Shown here piece by piece: positions 39,801 through 54,800 of a DNA stretch of 64,000 nucleotides. Below the pieces are notes generated by a model. It did not search any database and was not told the origin of the DNA. It saw only the letters and a list, made by a program, of their open reading frames with translations. The stretch lies in assembly GCA_009914755.4 (NCBI GenBank), contig CP086569.2:1-64000 (forward strand), written 5' to 3'. This stretch comes from the human T2T-CHM13v2.0 reference genome, Homo sapiens. The first letter of the stretch is position 1; each line of letters begins with the position of its first letter. A program made the translations under genes and the position numbers.

Positions 39801-42800
39801 CAACCTTTAGAGTCTGCATTGGGCCTAGGTCTCCTTGAGGTCAGACAGACAGCAGACTCTGCAACCTTTAGAGTCTGCATTGGGCCTAGGTCTAATTGCG
39901 GACAGATAGACAGCAGACTGTGCAACGTTTAGAGTCTGCATTGGGCCTAGGTCTAATTGCGGACAGATAGAGAGCAGACTATGCAACGTTTAGAGTCTGC
40001 ATTGGGCCTGGGTCTCATTGAGGACAGATAGAGAGCAGACTGTGCAACCTTTAGGGTCTCTATTGGGCCTAGGTCTCATTGAGGACAGATAGGGAGCGGA
40101 CTGTGCAACCTTTAGAGTCTGCATTGGGCCTAGGTCTCATTGAGGGCAGATAGAGAGCAGGCTCGGCAACCCTTAGAGTCTGCATTGGGCCTAGATATCA
40201 TTGAGGACAGATAGAGAGCATGCTATGCAACCTTTAGAGTCTGCACTGGGCCTAGGTCTCATTGAGGACACATAGAGAGCAGACTGTGCAACCTTTAGAG
40301 TCTGCATTGGGCCTATGTCTCATTGAGGACAGTTAGAGAGCAGACTGTGCAACCTTTAGAGTCTGCATTTGGCCTAGGTCTCATTGAGGACAGAAAGAGA
40401 CCAGAGTGTGCAAACTTTAGAGTCTGCATTGGGCCTAGGTCTCATTGAGGACAGATAGAGAGCAGACTGTAGAACCTTTATAGTCTGCATTGGGCCTAGG
40501 TCTCATTGAGGTCAGATAGAGAGCAGACTGTGCAAGCTTTAGAGTCTGCACTTGTCCTAGGTCTCATTGAGGACAGATAGAGAACAGACTGTGCAACCTT
40601 TAGAGTCTGCATTGGGCCTAGGTCTCATTGAGGGCAGTTAGAGAGCAGACTGTGCAAACTTTAGAGTCTGCATTGGGCCTAGGTCTCATTGAGAGCAGAT
40701 AGAGAGCACACTGTGCAAACTCTAGAGTCGGCATTGGGCCTAGGTCTCATTGAGGACAGATAGAGACCAGACTGTGCAAACTTTAGAGTCTGCATTGGGC
40801 CTAGGTCTCATTGAGGACAGATAGAGGGCAGACTGTGCAACCTTTAGAGTCTGCATTGGGCCTAGGTCTCATTGAGGACAGATAGAGAGCAGACTTTGCA
40901 AACTTTAGAGTCTGCACTGGGCCTAGGTCTCATTGAGGGCATATAGAGACCATACTGTGCAAACTTTAGAGTCTGCATTGGGTCTAGGTCTCACTGAGGA
41001 GAGATAGAGAGCAGACTTTGCAAACTTCAGAGTCTGCATTAGGTCTAGGTCTCACTGAGGACTGATAGAGAGCAGACTATGCAACTTTAGAGTCTGCCTG
41101 GCCCTAGGTCTCATTGAGGACAGATAGAGAGCAGACTGCGCAAACTTTAGAGTCTGCATTGGGCCTAGGTCTCACTGAGGACAGATAGAGAGCACACTGT
41201 GTAACCTTTAGAGTTTGCATAGGGCCTCGGTCTCATTGAGGACCGATAGAGAGCAGACTGTGCAACCTTTAGAGTCTGCATTGGGCCTGGGTCTCATTGA
41301 GGAAAAATAGAGAGCAGACTGTGCAACCTTTAGAGTCTGCATTGGGCCTAGGTCTCATTGAGGGCAGATAGAGAGCAGACTGTGCAACCTTTAGAGTCTG
41401 CACTAGGGCTAGGTCTCATCGAGGACAGATAGAGAGCAGACTGTGCAACATTTAGAGTCTGCATTGGACCTAGGTCTCACTGAGGACAGATAGAGAGCAG
41501 ACTATGCAAACTTTACAGTCTGCACTGGGCCTAGGTCTCATTGAGGACAGATAGAGAGCAGACTGTGCAACCTTTACAGTCTGCATTGGGCCTGGGTCTC
41601 ATTCAGGAGAGATAGAGACCAGAATGTGCAACCTTTAGAGTTTGCATTGGGCCTAGGTCTCTTGAGAGCAGATAGAGAGCAGACTGTGCAACCTTTACAG
41701 TCTGCATTGGGCCTAGGTCTCATTGAGGGCCGATAGAGAGCAGACTGTGCAAACTTTAGAGTCTGCACTGGGCCTAGGTCTGATTGAGGACACATAGAGA
41801 GCAGACTGTGCAACCTTTAGAGTCTGCATTTGGCCTAGGTCTCATTGAGGACAGATGGAGAGCACACTGTGCAACCTTTAGAGTCCGCATTGGGCCTAGG
41901 TCTCATTGAGGACAGATAGAGACCAGACTGTGCAACCTTTAGAGTTTGCATTGGGCCTAGGTCTCATTGAGGGCAGATAGAGAGCAGACTGTGCAACCTT
42001 TAGAGTCTGCATTGGGCCTAGGTCTCATTGAGGACCGATAGAGAGCAGACTGTGCAACCTTTAGACTCTGCATTGGGCCTGGGTCTCATTGAGGACAAAT
42101 AGAGAACAGACTGTGCAACCTTTAGAGTCTGCATTGGGCCTAGGTATCAGTGAGGACAGATAGAGAGGAGACTGTGCAACCTTTAGAGTCTGCACTGGGC
42201 CTAGGTCTCTTTGAGGACAGACAGAGAGCAGACTGTGCAAACTTTAGAGTCTGCACTGGGCCTAGGTGTCATTGAGGACAGATAGAGACCAGACTGTGCA
42301 ACCTTTAGAGTCTGCATTGGGCCTAGGTCTCCTTGAGGTCAGATAGACAGCAGAATCTGCAACCTTTAGAGTCTGCATTGGGCCTAGGTCTAATTGCGGA
42401 CAGATAGACAGCAGACTGTGCAACGTTTAGAGTCTGCATTGGGCCTAGGTCTAATTGCGGACAGATAGAGAGCAGACTATGCAACGTTTAGAGTCTGCAT
42501 TGGGCCTGGGTCTCATTGAGGACAGATAGAGAGCAGACTGTGCAACCTTTAGAGTCTCTATTGGGCCTAGGTCTCATTGAGGACAGATAGGGAGAGGACT
42601 GTGCAACCTTTAGAGTCTGCATTGGGCCTAGGTCTCATTGAGGGCAGATAGAGAGCAGGCTCGGGAACCCTTAGAGTCTGCATTGGGCCTAGATCTCATT
42701 GAGGACAGATAGAGAGCATACTATGCAACCTTTAGAGTCTGCACTGGGCCTAGGTCTCATTGAGGACACATAGAGAGCAGACTGTGCAAGCTTTAGAGTC

Positions 42801-45800
42801 TGCATTGGGCCTATGTCTCATTGAGGACAGTTAGAGAGCAGGCTGTGCAACCTTTACAGTCTGCATTTGGCCTAGGTCTCATTGAGGACAGAAAGAGACC
42901 AGAGTGCGCAAACTTTAGAGTCTGCATTGGGCCTAGGTCTCATTGAGGACAGATAGAGAGCAGACTGTAGAACCTTTATAGTCTGCATTGGGCCTAGGTC
43001 TCATTGAGGTCAGATAGAGAGCAGACTGTGCAAGCTTTAGAGTCTGCACTTGGCCTAGGTCTCATTGAGGACAGATAGAGAACAGACTGTGCAACCTTTA
43101 GAGTCTGCATTGGGCCTAGGTCTCATTGAGGGCAGTTAGAGAGCAGACTGTGCAACCTTTAGAGTCTGCATTGGGCCTAGGTCTCATTGAGAGCAGATAG
43201 AGAGCACACTGTGCAACCTCTAGAGTCGGCATTGGGCCTAGGTCTCATTGAGGACAGATAGAGACCAGACTGTGCAAACTTTAGAGTCTGCATTGGGCCT
43301 AGGTCTCATTGAGGACAGATAGAGGGCAGACTGTGCAACCTTTAGAGTCTGCATTGAGCCTAGGTCTCATTGAGGACAGATAGAGAGCAGACTGTGCAAC
43401 CTTTCGAGTCTGCACTGGGCCTAGGTCTCATTGAGGGCATATAGAGACCATACTGTGCAAACTTTAGAGTCTGCATTGGGTCTAGGTCTCACTGAGGAGA
43501 GATAGAGAGCAGACTTTGCAAACTTTAGAGTCTGCATTAGGTCTAGGTCTCACTGAGGACTGATAGAGAGCAGACTATGCAACTTTAGAGTCTGCACTGG
43601 CCCTAGGTCTCATTGAGGACAGATAGAGAGCAGACTGCGCAAACTTTAGAGTCTGCATTGGGTCTAGGTCTCATTGAGGACAGATAGAGAGCACACTGTG
43701 TAACCTTTAGAGTCTGCATAGAGCCTCGGTCTCATTGAGGACCGATAGAGAGCAGACTGTGCCACCTTTAGAGTCTGCATTGGGCCTGGGTCTCACTGAG
43801 GAGAAATAGAGAGCAGACTGTGCAACCTTTAGAGTCTGCATTGGGCCTAGGTCTCATTGAGGACAGATGGAGAGCAGACTGTGCAACCTTTAGAGTCTGC
43901 ATTGGGCCTAGGTCTCATTGAGGGCAGATAGAGAGCAGACTGTGCAACCTTTAGAGTCTGCATTGGGCCTAGGTCTCATTGAGAGCAGATAGAGAGCATA
44001 CTGTGCAACCTTTAGAGTCGGCATTGGGCCTAGGTCTCATTGAGGACAGATAGAGACCAGACTGTGCAACCTTTAGAGTCTGCATTGGGCCTAGGTCTCA
44101 TTGAGGACAGATAGAGAGCAGACTATGCAACCATTAGAGTCGACACTGGTCCTAGGTCTCATTGAGGACAGATATAGAGCAGACTGTGCAACCTTTAGAG
44201 TCTGCATTGTGCCTGGGTCTCATTGAGGACAGATAGAGAGCAGACTAGGCAACCATTAGAGTCGACACTGGTCCTAGGTCTAATTGAGGACAGATATAGT
44301 GCAGACTGTGCAACCTTTAGAGTCTGCATTGGGCCTGGGTCTTATTGAGGACAGATAGAGACCAGACTGTGCAACCTTTAGAGTCTGCACTGGGCCTAGG
44401 TCTCATTGAGGACAGATAGAGGGCAGACTGTGCAACCTTTAGAGTCTGCATTGGGCCTAGGTCTCATTGAGGACAGATAGAGAGCAGACTGTGCAACCTT
44501 TAGAGTCTGCACTGGGCCTAGGTCTCATTGAGGGCAGATAGAGACCATACTGTGCAACCTTTAGAATCTGCATTGGGTCTAGGTCTCACTGAGGAGAGAT
44601 AGAGAGCAGACTTTGCAAACTTTAGAGTCTGCATTGGGTCTAGGTCTCACTGAGGACTGATAGAGAGCAGACTATGCAACCTTTAGAGTCTGCACTGGCA
44701 CTAGGTCTCATTGAGGACAGATACAGAGCAGACTGCGCAAACTTTAGAGTCTGCATTGGGCCTAGGTCTCATTGAGGACAGATAGAGAGCACACTGTGTA
44801 ACCTTTAGAGTCTGCATAGGGCCTCGGTCTCTATGAGGACCGATAGAGAGCAGACTGTGCAACCTTTAGAGTCTGCATTGGGCCTGGGTCTCATTGAGGA
44901 CAAATAGAGAGCAGACTGTGCAACCTTTAGAGTCTGCATTGGGCCTAGGTCTCATTGAGGAGAGATGGAGAGCAGACTGTGCAACCTTTAGAGTCTGCAT
45001 TGGGCCTAGGTCTCATTGAGAGCAGATAGAGAGCAGAGTGTGCAACCTTTAGAGTCTGCATTGGGCCTAGGTCTCATTGAGGGCAGATAGAGACCAGACT
45101 GTGCAACCTTTAGAGTCTGCATTGGGCCTAGGTCTCATTGAGAGCAGATAGAGAGCAGACTGTGCAACCTTTAGAGTCTGCATTGAGCCTAGGTCTCATT
45201 GAGGAGAGATAGAGAGCAGACTGTGCAACCTTTAGAGTCTGCATTGGGCCTAGGTCTCATTGAGGACAGATGGAGAGCACACTGTGCAACCTTTAGAGTC
45301 CGCATTGGGCCTAGGTGTCATTGAGGACAGATAGAGACCAGACTGTGCAACCTTTAGAGTCTGCATTGGGCCTAGGTCTCCTTGAGGTCAGATAGACAGC
45401 AGACTCTGCAACCTTTAGAGTCTGCATTGGGCCTAGGTCTAATTGCGGACAGATAGACAGCAGACTGTGCAACGTTTAGAGTCTGCATTGGGCCTAGGTC
45501 TAATTGCGGACAGATAGAGAGCAGACTATGCAACGTTTAGAGTCTGCATTGGGCCTGGGTCTCATTGAGGACAGATAGAGAGCAGACTGTGCAACCTTTA
45601 GAGTCTCTATTGGGCCTAGGTCTCATTGAGGACAGATAGGGAGCGGACTGTGCAACCTTTAGAGTCTGCATTGGGCCTAGGTCTCATTGACGGCAGACAG
45701 AGAGCAGGCTCGGCAACCCTTAGAGTCTGCATTGGGCCTAGATCTCATTGAGGACAGATAGAGAGCATACTATGCAACCTTTAGAGTCTGCACTGGGCTT

Positions 45801-48800
45801 AGTTCTCATTGAGGAAACATAGAGAGCAGACTGTGCAACCTTTAGAGTCTGCATTAGGCCTATGTCTCATTGAGGACAGTTAGAGAGCAGACTGTGCTAC
45901 CTTTAGAGTCTGCATTTGGCCTAGGTCTCATTGAGTACAGAAAGAGACCAGAGTGTGCAACCTTTAGAGTCTGCATTGGGCCTGGGTCTCATTGAGGACA
46001 GATAGAGAGGAGACTGTAGAACCTTTATAGTCTGCATTGGGCCTAGGTCTCATTGAGGTCAGATAGGGAGCAGACTGGGCAAGCTTTAGAGTCTGCACTT
46101 GGCCTAGGTCTCATTGAGGACAGATAGAGAACAGACTGTGCAACCTTTAGAGTCTGCATTGGGCCTAGGTCTCATTGAGGGCAGTTAGAGAGCAGACTGT
46201 GCAACCTTTAGAGTCTGCATTGGGCCTAGGTCTCATTGAGAGCAGATAGAGAGCACACTGTGCAACCTCTAGAGTCGGCATTGGGCCTAGGTCTCATTGA
46301 GGACAGATAGAGACCAGACTGTGCAAACTTTAGAGTCTGCATTGGGCCTAGGTCTCATTGAGGACAGATACAGGGCAGACTGTGCAACCTTTAGAGTCTG
46401 CATTGGGCCTAGGTCTCATTGAGGTCAGATAGAGAGCAGACTGTGCAACCTTTAGAGTCTGCACTGGGCCTAGGTCTCATTGAGGGCAGATAGAGACCAT
46501 ACTGTGCAACCTTTAGAGTCTGCATTGGGTCTAGGTCTCACTGAGGAGAGATAGAGAGCAGACTTTGCAAACTTTAGAGTCTGCATTAGGTCTAGGTCTC
46601 ACTGAGGACTGATAGAGAGCAGATTATGCAACCTTTAGAGTCTGCACTGGCCCTAGGTCTCATTGAGGACAGATAGAGAGCAGACTGCGCAAACTTTAGA
46701 GTCTGCATTGGGCCTAGGTCTCATTGAGGACAGATAGAGAGCACACTGTGTAACCTTTAGAGTCTGCATAGGGCCTCGGTCTCATTGAGGACCGATAGAG
46801 AGCAGACTGTGCCACCTTTAGAGTCTGCATTGGGCCTGGGTCTCATTGAGGAGAAATAGAGAGCAGACTGTGCAACCTTTAGAGTCTGCATTGGGCCTAG
46901 GTCTCATTGAGGACAGATGGAGAGCAGACTGTGCAACCTTTAGAGTCTGCATTGGGCCTAGGTCTCATTGAGGGCACATAGAGAGCAGACTGTGCAACCT
47001 TTAGAGTCTGCATTGGGCCTAGGTCTCATTGAGAGAAGATAGAGAGCATACAGTGCAACCTTTAGAGTCGGCATTGGGCCTAGGTCTCATTGAGGGCACA
47101 TAGAGAGCAGACTGTGCAACCTTTAGAGTCTGCATTGGGCCTAGGTCTCATTGAGAGAAGATAGAGAGCATACAGTGCAACCTTTAGAGTCGGCATTGGG
47201 CCTAGGTCTCATTGAGGACAGATAGAGACCAGACTGTGAAACCTTTAGAGTCTGCATTGGGCCTAGGTCTCATTGAGGACAGATAGAGAGCAGAGTAGGC
47301 AACCATTAGAGTCGGCACTGGTCCTAGGTCTCATTGAGGACAGATATAGAGCAGACTGTGCAACCTTTAGAGTCTGCATTGGGCCTGGGTCTCATTGAGG
47401 ACAGATAGAGAGCAGACTGTGCAACCTTTAGAGGCTGCACTGGGCCTAGGTCTCATTGAGGACAGATAGAGGGCAGACTGTGCAACCTTTAGAGTCTGCA
47501 TTGGGCCTAGGTCTCATTGAGGACCGATAGAGAGCAGACTGTGCAACCTTTAGAGTCTGCACTGGGCCTAGGTCTCATTGAGGGCAGATAGAGACCATAC
47601 TGTGCAACCTTTAGAGTCTGCATTGGGCCTAGGTCTCACTGAGGAGAGATAGAGAGCACACTGTGTAACCTTTAGAGACTGCATAGGGCCTCGGTCTCAT
47701 TGAGGACCGATAGAGAGCAGACTGTGCCACCTTTAGAGTCTGCATTGGGCCTGGGTCTCATTGAGGACAAATAGAGAGCAGACTGTGCAACCTTTAGAGT
47801 CTGCATTGGGCCTAGGTCTCATTGAGGACAGATGGAGAGCAGACTGTGCAACCTATAGAGTCTGCATTGGGCCTAGGTCTCATTGAGGACAGATGGAAAG
47901 CAGACTGTGCAACCTTTAGAGTCTGCATTGGACCTAGGTCTCATTGAGGACAGATAGAGAGCAGACTATGCAAACTTTAGAGGCTGGACTGAGCCTAGGT
48001 CTCATTGAGGACAGATAGAGAGCAGACTGTGCAACCTTTACAGTCTGCATTGGGCCTGGGCCTCATTCAGGACAGATAGAGACCAGACTGCGCAACCTTT
48101 AGAGTCTGCATTGGGCCTAGGTCTCATTGAGAGTAGATAGAGAGCAGACTGTGCAACCTTTAGAGTCTACATTGGGCCTAGGTCTCATTGAGGGCAGATA
48201 GAGAGCAGACTGTGCAACCTTTAGAGTCTGCACTTGGCCTAGGTCTCATTGAGGACACATAGAGAGCAGACTGTGCAACCTTTAGAGTCTGCATTGGGCC
48301 TAGGTCTCATTGAGGGCAGATAGAGAGCAGACTGTGCAAACTTTAGAGTTTGCATTGGGCCTAGGTCTCATTGAGGAGAGATAGAGAGCAGACTGTGCAA
48401 CCTTTAGAGTCTGCATTGGGCCTAGGTCTCATTGAGGACAGATGGAGAGCACACTGTGCAACCTTTAGAGTCCGCATTGGGCCTAGGTCTCATTGAGGAC
48501 AGATAGAGACCAGACTGTGCAACCTTTAGTGTTTGCATTGGGCCTAGGTCTCATTGAGGGCAGATAGAGAGCAGAATGTGCAACCCTTAGAGTCTGCATT
48601 GGGCCTAGGTCTCATTGAGGACAGATAGAGAGCAGACTGTGCAACCTTTAGAGTCTGCACTGGGCCTAGGTCTCTTTGAGGACAGACAGAGAGCAGACTG
48701 TGCAAACTTTAGAGTCTGCACTGGGCCTAGGTCTCATTGAGGACACATAGAGAGCAGACTGTGCAACCTTTAGAGTCTGCATTGGGCCTATGTCTCATTG

Positions 48801-51800
48801 AGGACAGTTAGAGAGCAGACTGTGCAAACTTTAGAGTCTGCATTTGGCCTACGTCTCATTGAGGACAAAAAGAGACCAGAGTGTGCAACCTTTAGAGTCG
48901 GCATTGGGACTCGGTCTCATTGAGGACAGATAGAGAGCAGACTGTAGAACCTTCATAGTCTGCATTGGGCCTAGGTCTCATTGAGGTCAGATAGAGAGCA
49001 GACTGTGCAAGCTTTAGAGTCTGCACTTGGCCTAGGTCTCATTGAGGACAGATAGAGAGCAGACTGTGCAAACTTTAGAGTCTGCATTGGGCCTAGGTCT
49101 CATTGAGGGCAGATAGAGACCAGACTATGCAACGTTTAGAGTCTGCATTGGGCCTAGGTGTCATTGAGGGCAGTTAGAGAGCAGACTGTGCAACCTTTAG
49201 AATCTGCATTGGGCCTAGGTCTCATTGAGAGCAGATAGAGAGCACACTGTGCAAACTTTAGAGTCGGCATTGGGCCTAGGTCTCATTGAGGACAGATAGA
49301 GACCGGACTGTGCAACCTTTAGAGTCTGCATTGGGCCTAGGTCTCATTGAGGACAGATAGAGAGCACACTAGGCAACCATTAGAGTCCGCACTGGTCCTA
49401 GGTCTCATTGAGGACAGATATAGAGCAGACTGTGCAACCTTTAGAGTCTGCATTGGGCCTGGGTCTCATTGAGGACAGATAGCGACCAGACTGTACAACC
49501 TTTAGAGTCTGCATTGGGCTTAGGTCTCATTGAGGGCAGTTAGAGAGCAGACTGTGCAACCTTTAGAGTCTGCATTGGGCCTAGGTCTCATTGAGAGCAG
49601 ATAGAGAGCACACTGTGCAACCTCTAGAGTCGGCATTGGGCCTAGGTCTCATTGAGGACAGATAGAGACCAGACTGTTGAAACTTTAGAGGCTGCATTGG
49701 GCCTAGGTCTCATTGAGGACAGATAGAGGGCAGACTGTGCAACCTTTAGAGTCTGCAATGGACCTAGGTCTCATTGAGGACAGATACGGAGCAGACTGTG
49801 CAAACTTTAAAGTCTGCACTGAGCCTAGGTCTCATTGAGGGCAGATAGAGACCAGACTGTGCAACCTTTAGAGTCTGCATTGGGTCTAGGTCTCACTGAG
49901 GCGAGATAGAGAGCAGACTTTGCAAACTTTAGAGTCTCCATTGGGTCTAGGTCTCACTGAGGACTGATAGGAGCAGACTATGCAACCTTTAGAGTCTGCA
50001 CTGGCCCTAGGTCTCATTGAGGACAGATAGAGAGCAGACTGCGCAAACTTTAGAGTCTGCATTGGGCCTAGGTCTCACTGAGGACAGATAGAGAGCACAC
50101 TGTGTAACCTTTAGAGTCTGCATAGAGCCTCGGTCTCATTGAGGACAGATAGAGAGCAGACTGTGCAACCTTTAGAGTCTCTATTGGGCCTAGATCTCAT
50201 TGAGGACAGATAGGGAGCGGACTGTGCAACCTTTAGAGTCTGCATTGGGCCTAGGTCTCATTGAGGGCAGATAGAGAGCAGGCTCGGCAACCCTTAGAGT
50301 CTGCATTGGGCCTAGATCTTATTGAGGACAGATAGTGAGCATACTATGCAACCTTGAGAGTCTGCACTGGGCCTAGGTCTCATTGAGGACACATAGAGAG
50401 CAGACTGTGCAACCTTTAGAGTCTGCATTGGGCCTATGTCTCATTGAGGACAGTTAGAGAGCAGACTGTGCAACCTTTAGAGTCTGCATTTGGCCTAGGT
50501 CTCATTGAGGACAGAAAGAGACCAGAGTGTGCAACCTTTAGAGTTTGCATTGGGCCTAGGTCTCATTGAGGACAGATAGAGAGCAGACTGTAGAACCTTT
50601 ATAGTCTGCATTGGGCCTAGGTCTCATTGAGGTCAGATAGAGAGCAGACTGTGCAAGCTTTAGAGTCTACACTTGGCCTAGGTCTCATTGAGGACAGATA
50701 GAGAACAGACTGTGCAAACTTTAGAGTCTGCATTGGGCCTAGGTCTCATTGAGGGCAGTTAGAGAGCAGACTGTGCAACCTTTAGAGTCTGCATTGGGCC
50801 TAGGTCTCATTGAGAGCAGATAGAGAGCACACTGTGCAACCTCTAGAGTCGGCATTGGGCCTAGGTCTCATTGAGGACAGATAGAGACCAGACTGTGCAA
50901 ACTTTAGAGTCTGCATTGGGCCTAGGTCTCATTGAGGACAGATAGAGGGCAGACTGTGCAACGTTTAGAGTCTGCATTGGGCCTAGGTCTCATTGAGGAC
51001 AGATAGAGAGCAGACTGTGAAACCTTTAGAGTCTGCACTGGGCCTAGGTCTCATTGAGGGCAGACAGAGACCATACTGTGCAACCTTTAGAGTCTGCATT
51101 GGGTCTAGGTCTCACTGAGGAGAGATAGAGAGCAGACTTTGCAAACTTTAGAGTCTACATTAGGTCTACGTCTCACTGAGGACTGATAGAGAGCAGACTA
51201 TGCAACCTTTAGAGTCTGCACTGGCCCTAGGTCTCATTGAGGACACATAGAGAGCAGACTGCGCAAACTTTAGAGTTTGCATTGGGCCTAGGTCTCACTG
51301 AGGACAGATAGAGAGCACACTGTGTAACCTTTAGAGTCTGCGTAGGGCCTCGGTCTCATTGAGGACCGATAGAGAGCAGACTGTGCCACCTTTAGAGTCT
51401 GCATTGGGCCTGGGTCTCATGGAGGAGAAATAGAGAGCAGACTGTGCAACCTTTAGAGTCTGCATTGGGCCTAGGTCTCATTGAGGACAGATGGAGAGCA
51501 GACTGTGCAACCTTTAGAGTCTGCATTGGGTCTATGTCTCATTGAGGGCAGATAGAGACCAGACTGTGCAACCTTTAGAGTTTGCATTGGGCCTAGGTCT
51601 CATTGAGGGCAGATAGAGAGCAGACTGTGCCACCTTTAGAGTCTACATTGGGCCTAGGTCTCATTGAGGACAGATAGAGAGCAGACTGTGCAACCTTTAT
51701 AGTCTGCACTGGGCCTAGGTCTCTTTGAGGACAGACAGAGAGCAGACTGTGCAAACTTTAGAGTCTGCACTGGGCCTAGGTGTCATTGAGGACAGATAGA

Positions 51801-54800
51801 GACCAGACTGTGCAACCTTTAGAGTCTGCATTGGGCCTAGGTCTCCTTGAGGTCAGATAGGCAGCAGACTGTGCAACCTTTAGAGTCTGCATTGGGTCTA
51901 GGTCTAATTGCGGACAGATGGAGAGCAGACTATGCAAAGTTTACAGTCTGCATTGGGCCTGGGTCTCATTGAGGACAGATAGAGAGCAGACTGTGCAACC
52001 TTTAGAGTCTCTATTGGGCCTAGGTCTCATTGAGGACAGATAGAGAGCAGACTGTGCAACCTTTAGAGTCTGCATTGGGCCTAGGTCTCATTGAGGGCAG
52101 ATAGAGAGCAGGCTCGGCAACCCTTAGAGTCTGCGTTGGGCTTAGATCTCATTGAGGACAGATAGAGAGCATACTATGCAACCTTTAGAGTCTGCACTGG
52201 GCCTAGGTCTCATTGAGGACACATAGAGAGCAGACTGTGGAACCTTTAGAGTCTGCATTGGGCCTATGTCTCAATGAGGACAGTTAGAGAGCAGACTGTG
52301 CAACCTTTAGAGTCTGCATTGGGCCTAGGTCTCATTGAGGACAGATAGAGAGCAGACTGTAGAACCTTTATAGTCTGCATTGGGCCTAGGTCTCATTGAG
52401 GTCAGATAGAGAGCAGACTGTGCAAGCTTTAGAGTCTGCACTTGGCCTAGGTCTCATTGAGGACAGATAGAGAGCAGACTGTGCAACCTTTAGAGTCTGC
52501 ATTGGGCCTAGGTCTTATTGAGGGCAGATAGAGACCAGACTATGCAACGTTTAGAGTCTGCATTGGGCCTAGGTGTCATTGAGGGCAGTTAGAGAGCAGA
52601 CTGTGCAACCTTTAGAATCTGCATTGGGCCTAGGTCTCATTGAGAGCAGATAGAGAGCACACTGTGCAAACTTTAGAGTCGGCATTGGGCCTAGGTCTCA
52701 TTGAGGACAGATAGAGACCGGACTGTGCAACCTTTAGAGTCTGCATTGGGCCTAGGTCTCATTGAGGACAGATAGAGAGCACACTAGGCAACCATTAGAG
52801 TCCGCACTGGTCCTAGGTCTCATTGAGGACAGATATAGAGCAGACTGTGCAACCTTTAGAGTCTGCATTGGGCCTGGGTCTCATTGAGGACAGATAGCGA
52901 CCAGACTGTACAACCTTTAGAGTCTGCATTGGGCTTAGGTCTCATTGAGGGCAGTTAGAGAGCAGACTGTGCAACCTTTAGAGTCTGCATTGGGCCTAGG
53001 TCTCATTGAGAGCAGATAGAGAGCACACTGTGCAACCTCTAGAGTCGGCATTGGGCCTAGGTCTCATTGAGGACAGATAGAGACCAGACTGTTGAAACTT
53101 TAGAGGCTGCATTGGGCCTAGGTCTCATTGAGGACAGATAGAGGGCAGACTGTGCAACCTTTAGAGTCTGCAATGGACCTAGGTCTCATTGAGGACAGAT
53201 ACGGAGCAGACTGTGCAAACTTTAAAGTCTGCACTGAGCCTAGGTCTCATTGAGGGCAGATAGAGACCAGACTGTGCAACCTTTAGAGTCTGCATTGGGT
53301 CTAGGTCTCACTGAGGCGAGATAGAGAGCAGACTTTGCAAACTTTAGAGTCTCCATTGGGTCTAGGTCTCACTGAGGACTGATAGGAGCAGACTATGCAA
53401 CCTTTAGAGTCTGCACTGGCCCTAGGTCTCATTGAGGACAGATAGAGAGCAGACTGCGCAAACTTTAGAGTCTGCATTGGGCCTAGGTCTCACTGAGGAC
53501 AGATAGAGAGCACACTGTGTAACCTTTAGAGTCTGCATAGAGCCTCGGTCTCATTGAGGACAGATAGAGAGCAGACTGTGCAACCTTTAGAGTCTCTATT
53601 GGGCCTAGATCTCATTGAGGACAGATAGGGAGCGGACTGTGCAACCTTTAGAGTCTGCATTGGGCCTAGGTCTCATTGAGGGCAGATAGAGAGCAGGCTC
53701 GGCAACCCTTAGAGTCTGCATTGGGCCTAGATCTTATTGAGGACAGATAGTGAGCATACTATGCAACCTTGAGAGTCTGCACTGGGCCTAGGTCTCATTG
53801 AGGACACATAGAGAGCAGACTGTGCAACCTTTAGAGTCTGCATTGGGCCTATGTCTCATTGAGGACAGTTAGAGAGCAGACTGTGCAACCTTTAGAGTCT
53901 GCATTTGGCCTAGGTCTCATTGAGGACAGAAAGAGACCAGAGTGTGCAACCTTTAGAGTTTGCATTGGGCCTAGGTCTCATTGAGGACAGATAGAGAGCA
54001 GACTGTAGAACCTTTATAGTCTGCATTGGGCCTAGGTCTCATTGAGGTCAGATAGAGAGCAGACTGTGCAAGCTTTAGAGTCTACACTTGGCCTAGGTCT
54101 CATTGAGGACAGATAGAGAACAGACTGTGCAAACTTTAGAGTCTGCATTGGGCCTAGGTCTCATTGAGGGCAGTTAGAGAGCAGACTGTGCAACCTTTAG
54201 AGTCTGCATTGGGCCTAGGTCTCATTGAGAGCAGATAGAGAGCACACTGTGCAACCTCTAGAGTCGGCATTGGGCCTAGGTCTCATTGAGGACAGATAGA
54301 GACCAGACTGTGCAAACTTTAGAGTCTGCATTGGGCCTAGGTCTCATTGAGGACAGATAGAGGGCAGACTGTGCAACGTTTAGAGTCTGCATTGGGCCTA
54401 GGTCTCATTGAGGACAGATAGAGAGCAGACTGTGAAACCTTTAGAGTCTGCACTGGGCCTAGGTCTCATTGAGGGCAGACAGAGACCATACTGTGCAACC
54501 TTTAGAGTCTGCATTGGGTCTAGGTCTCACTGAGGAGAGATAGAGAGCAGACTTTGCAAACTTTAGAGTCTACATTAGGTCTACGTCTCACTGAGGACTG
54601 ATAGAGAGCAGACTATGCAACCTTTAGAGTCTGCACTGGCCCTAGGTCTCATTGAGGACACATAGAGAGCAGACTGCGCAAACTTTAGAGTTTGCATTGG
54701 GCCTAGGTCTCACTGAGGACAGATAGAGAGCACACTGTGTAACCTTTAGAGTCTGCGTAGGGCCTCGGTCTCATTGAGGACCGATAGAGAGCAGACTGTG

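Noticed and set aside
27491-41813. Three identical 79-aa ORFs at 27491, 34075 and 41574
   Set aside because: They sit in the 61-bp satellite. Their identity reflects higher-order repeat copies and they are used only as markers of unit spacing. Not coding.
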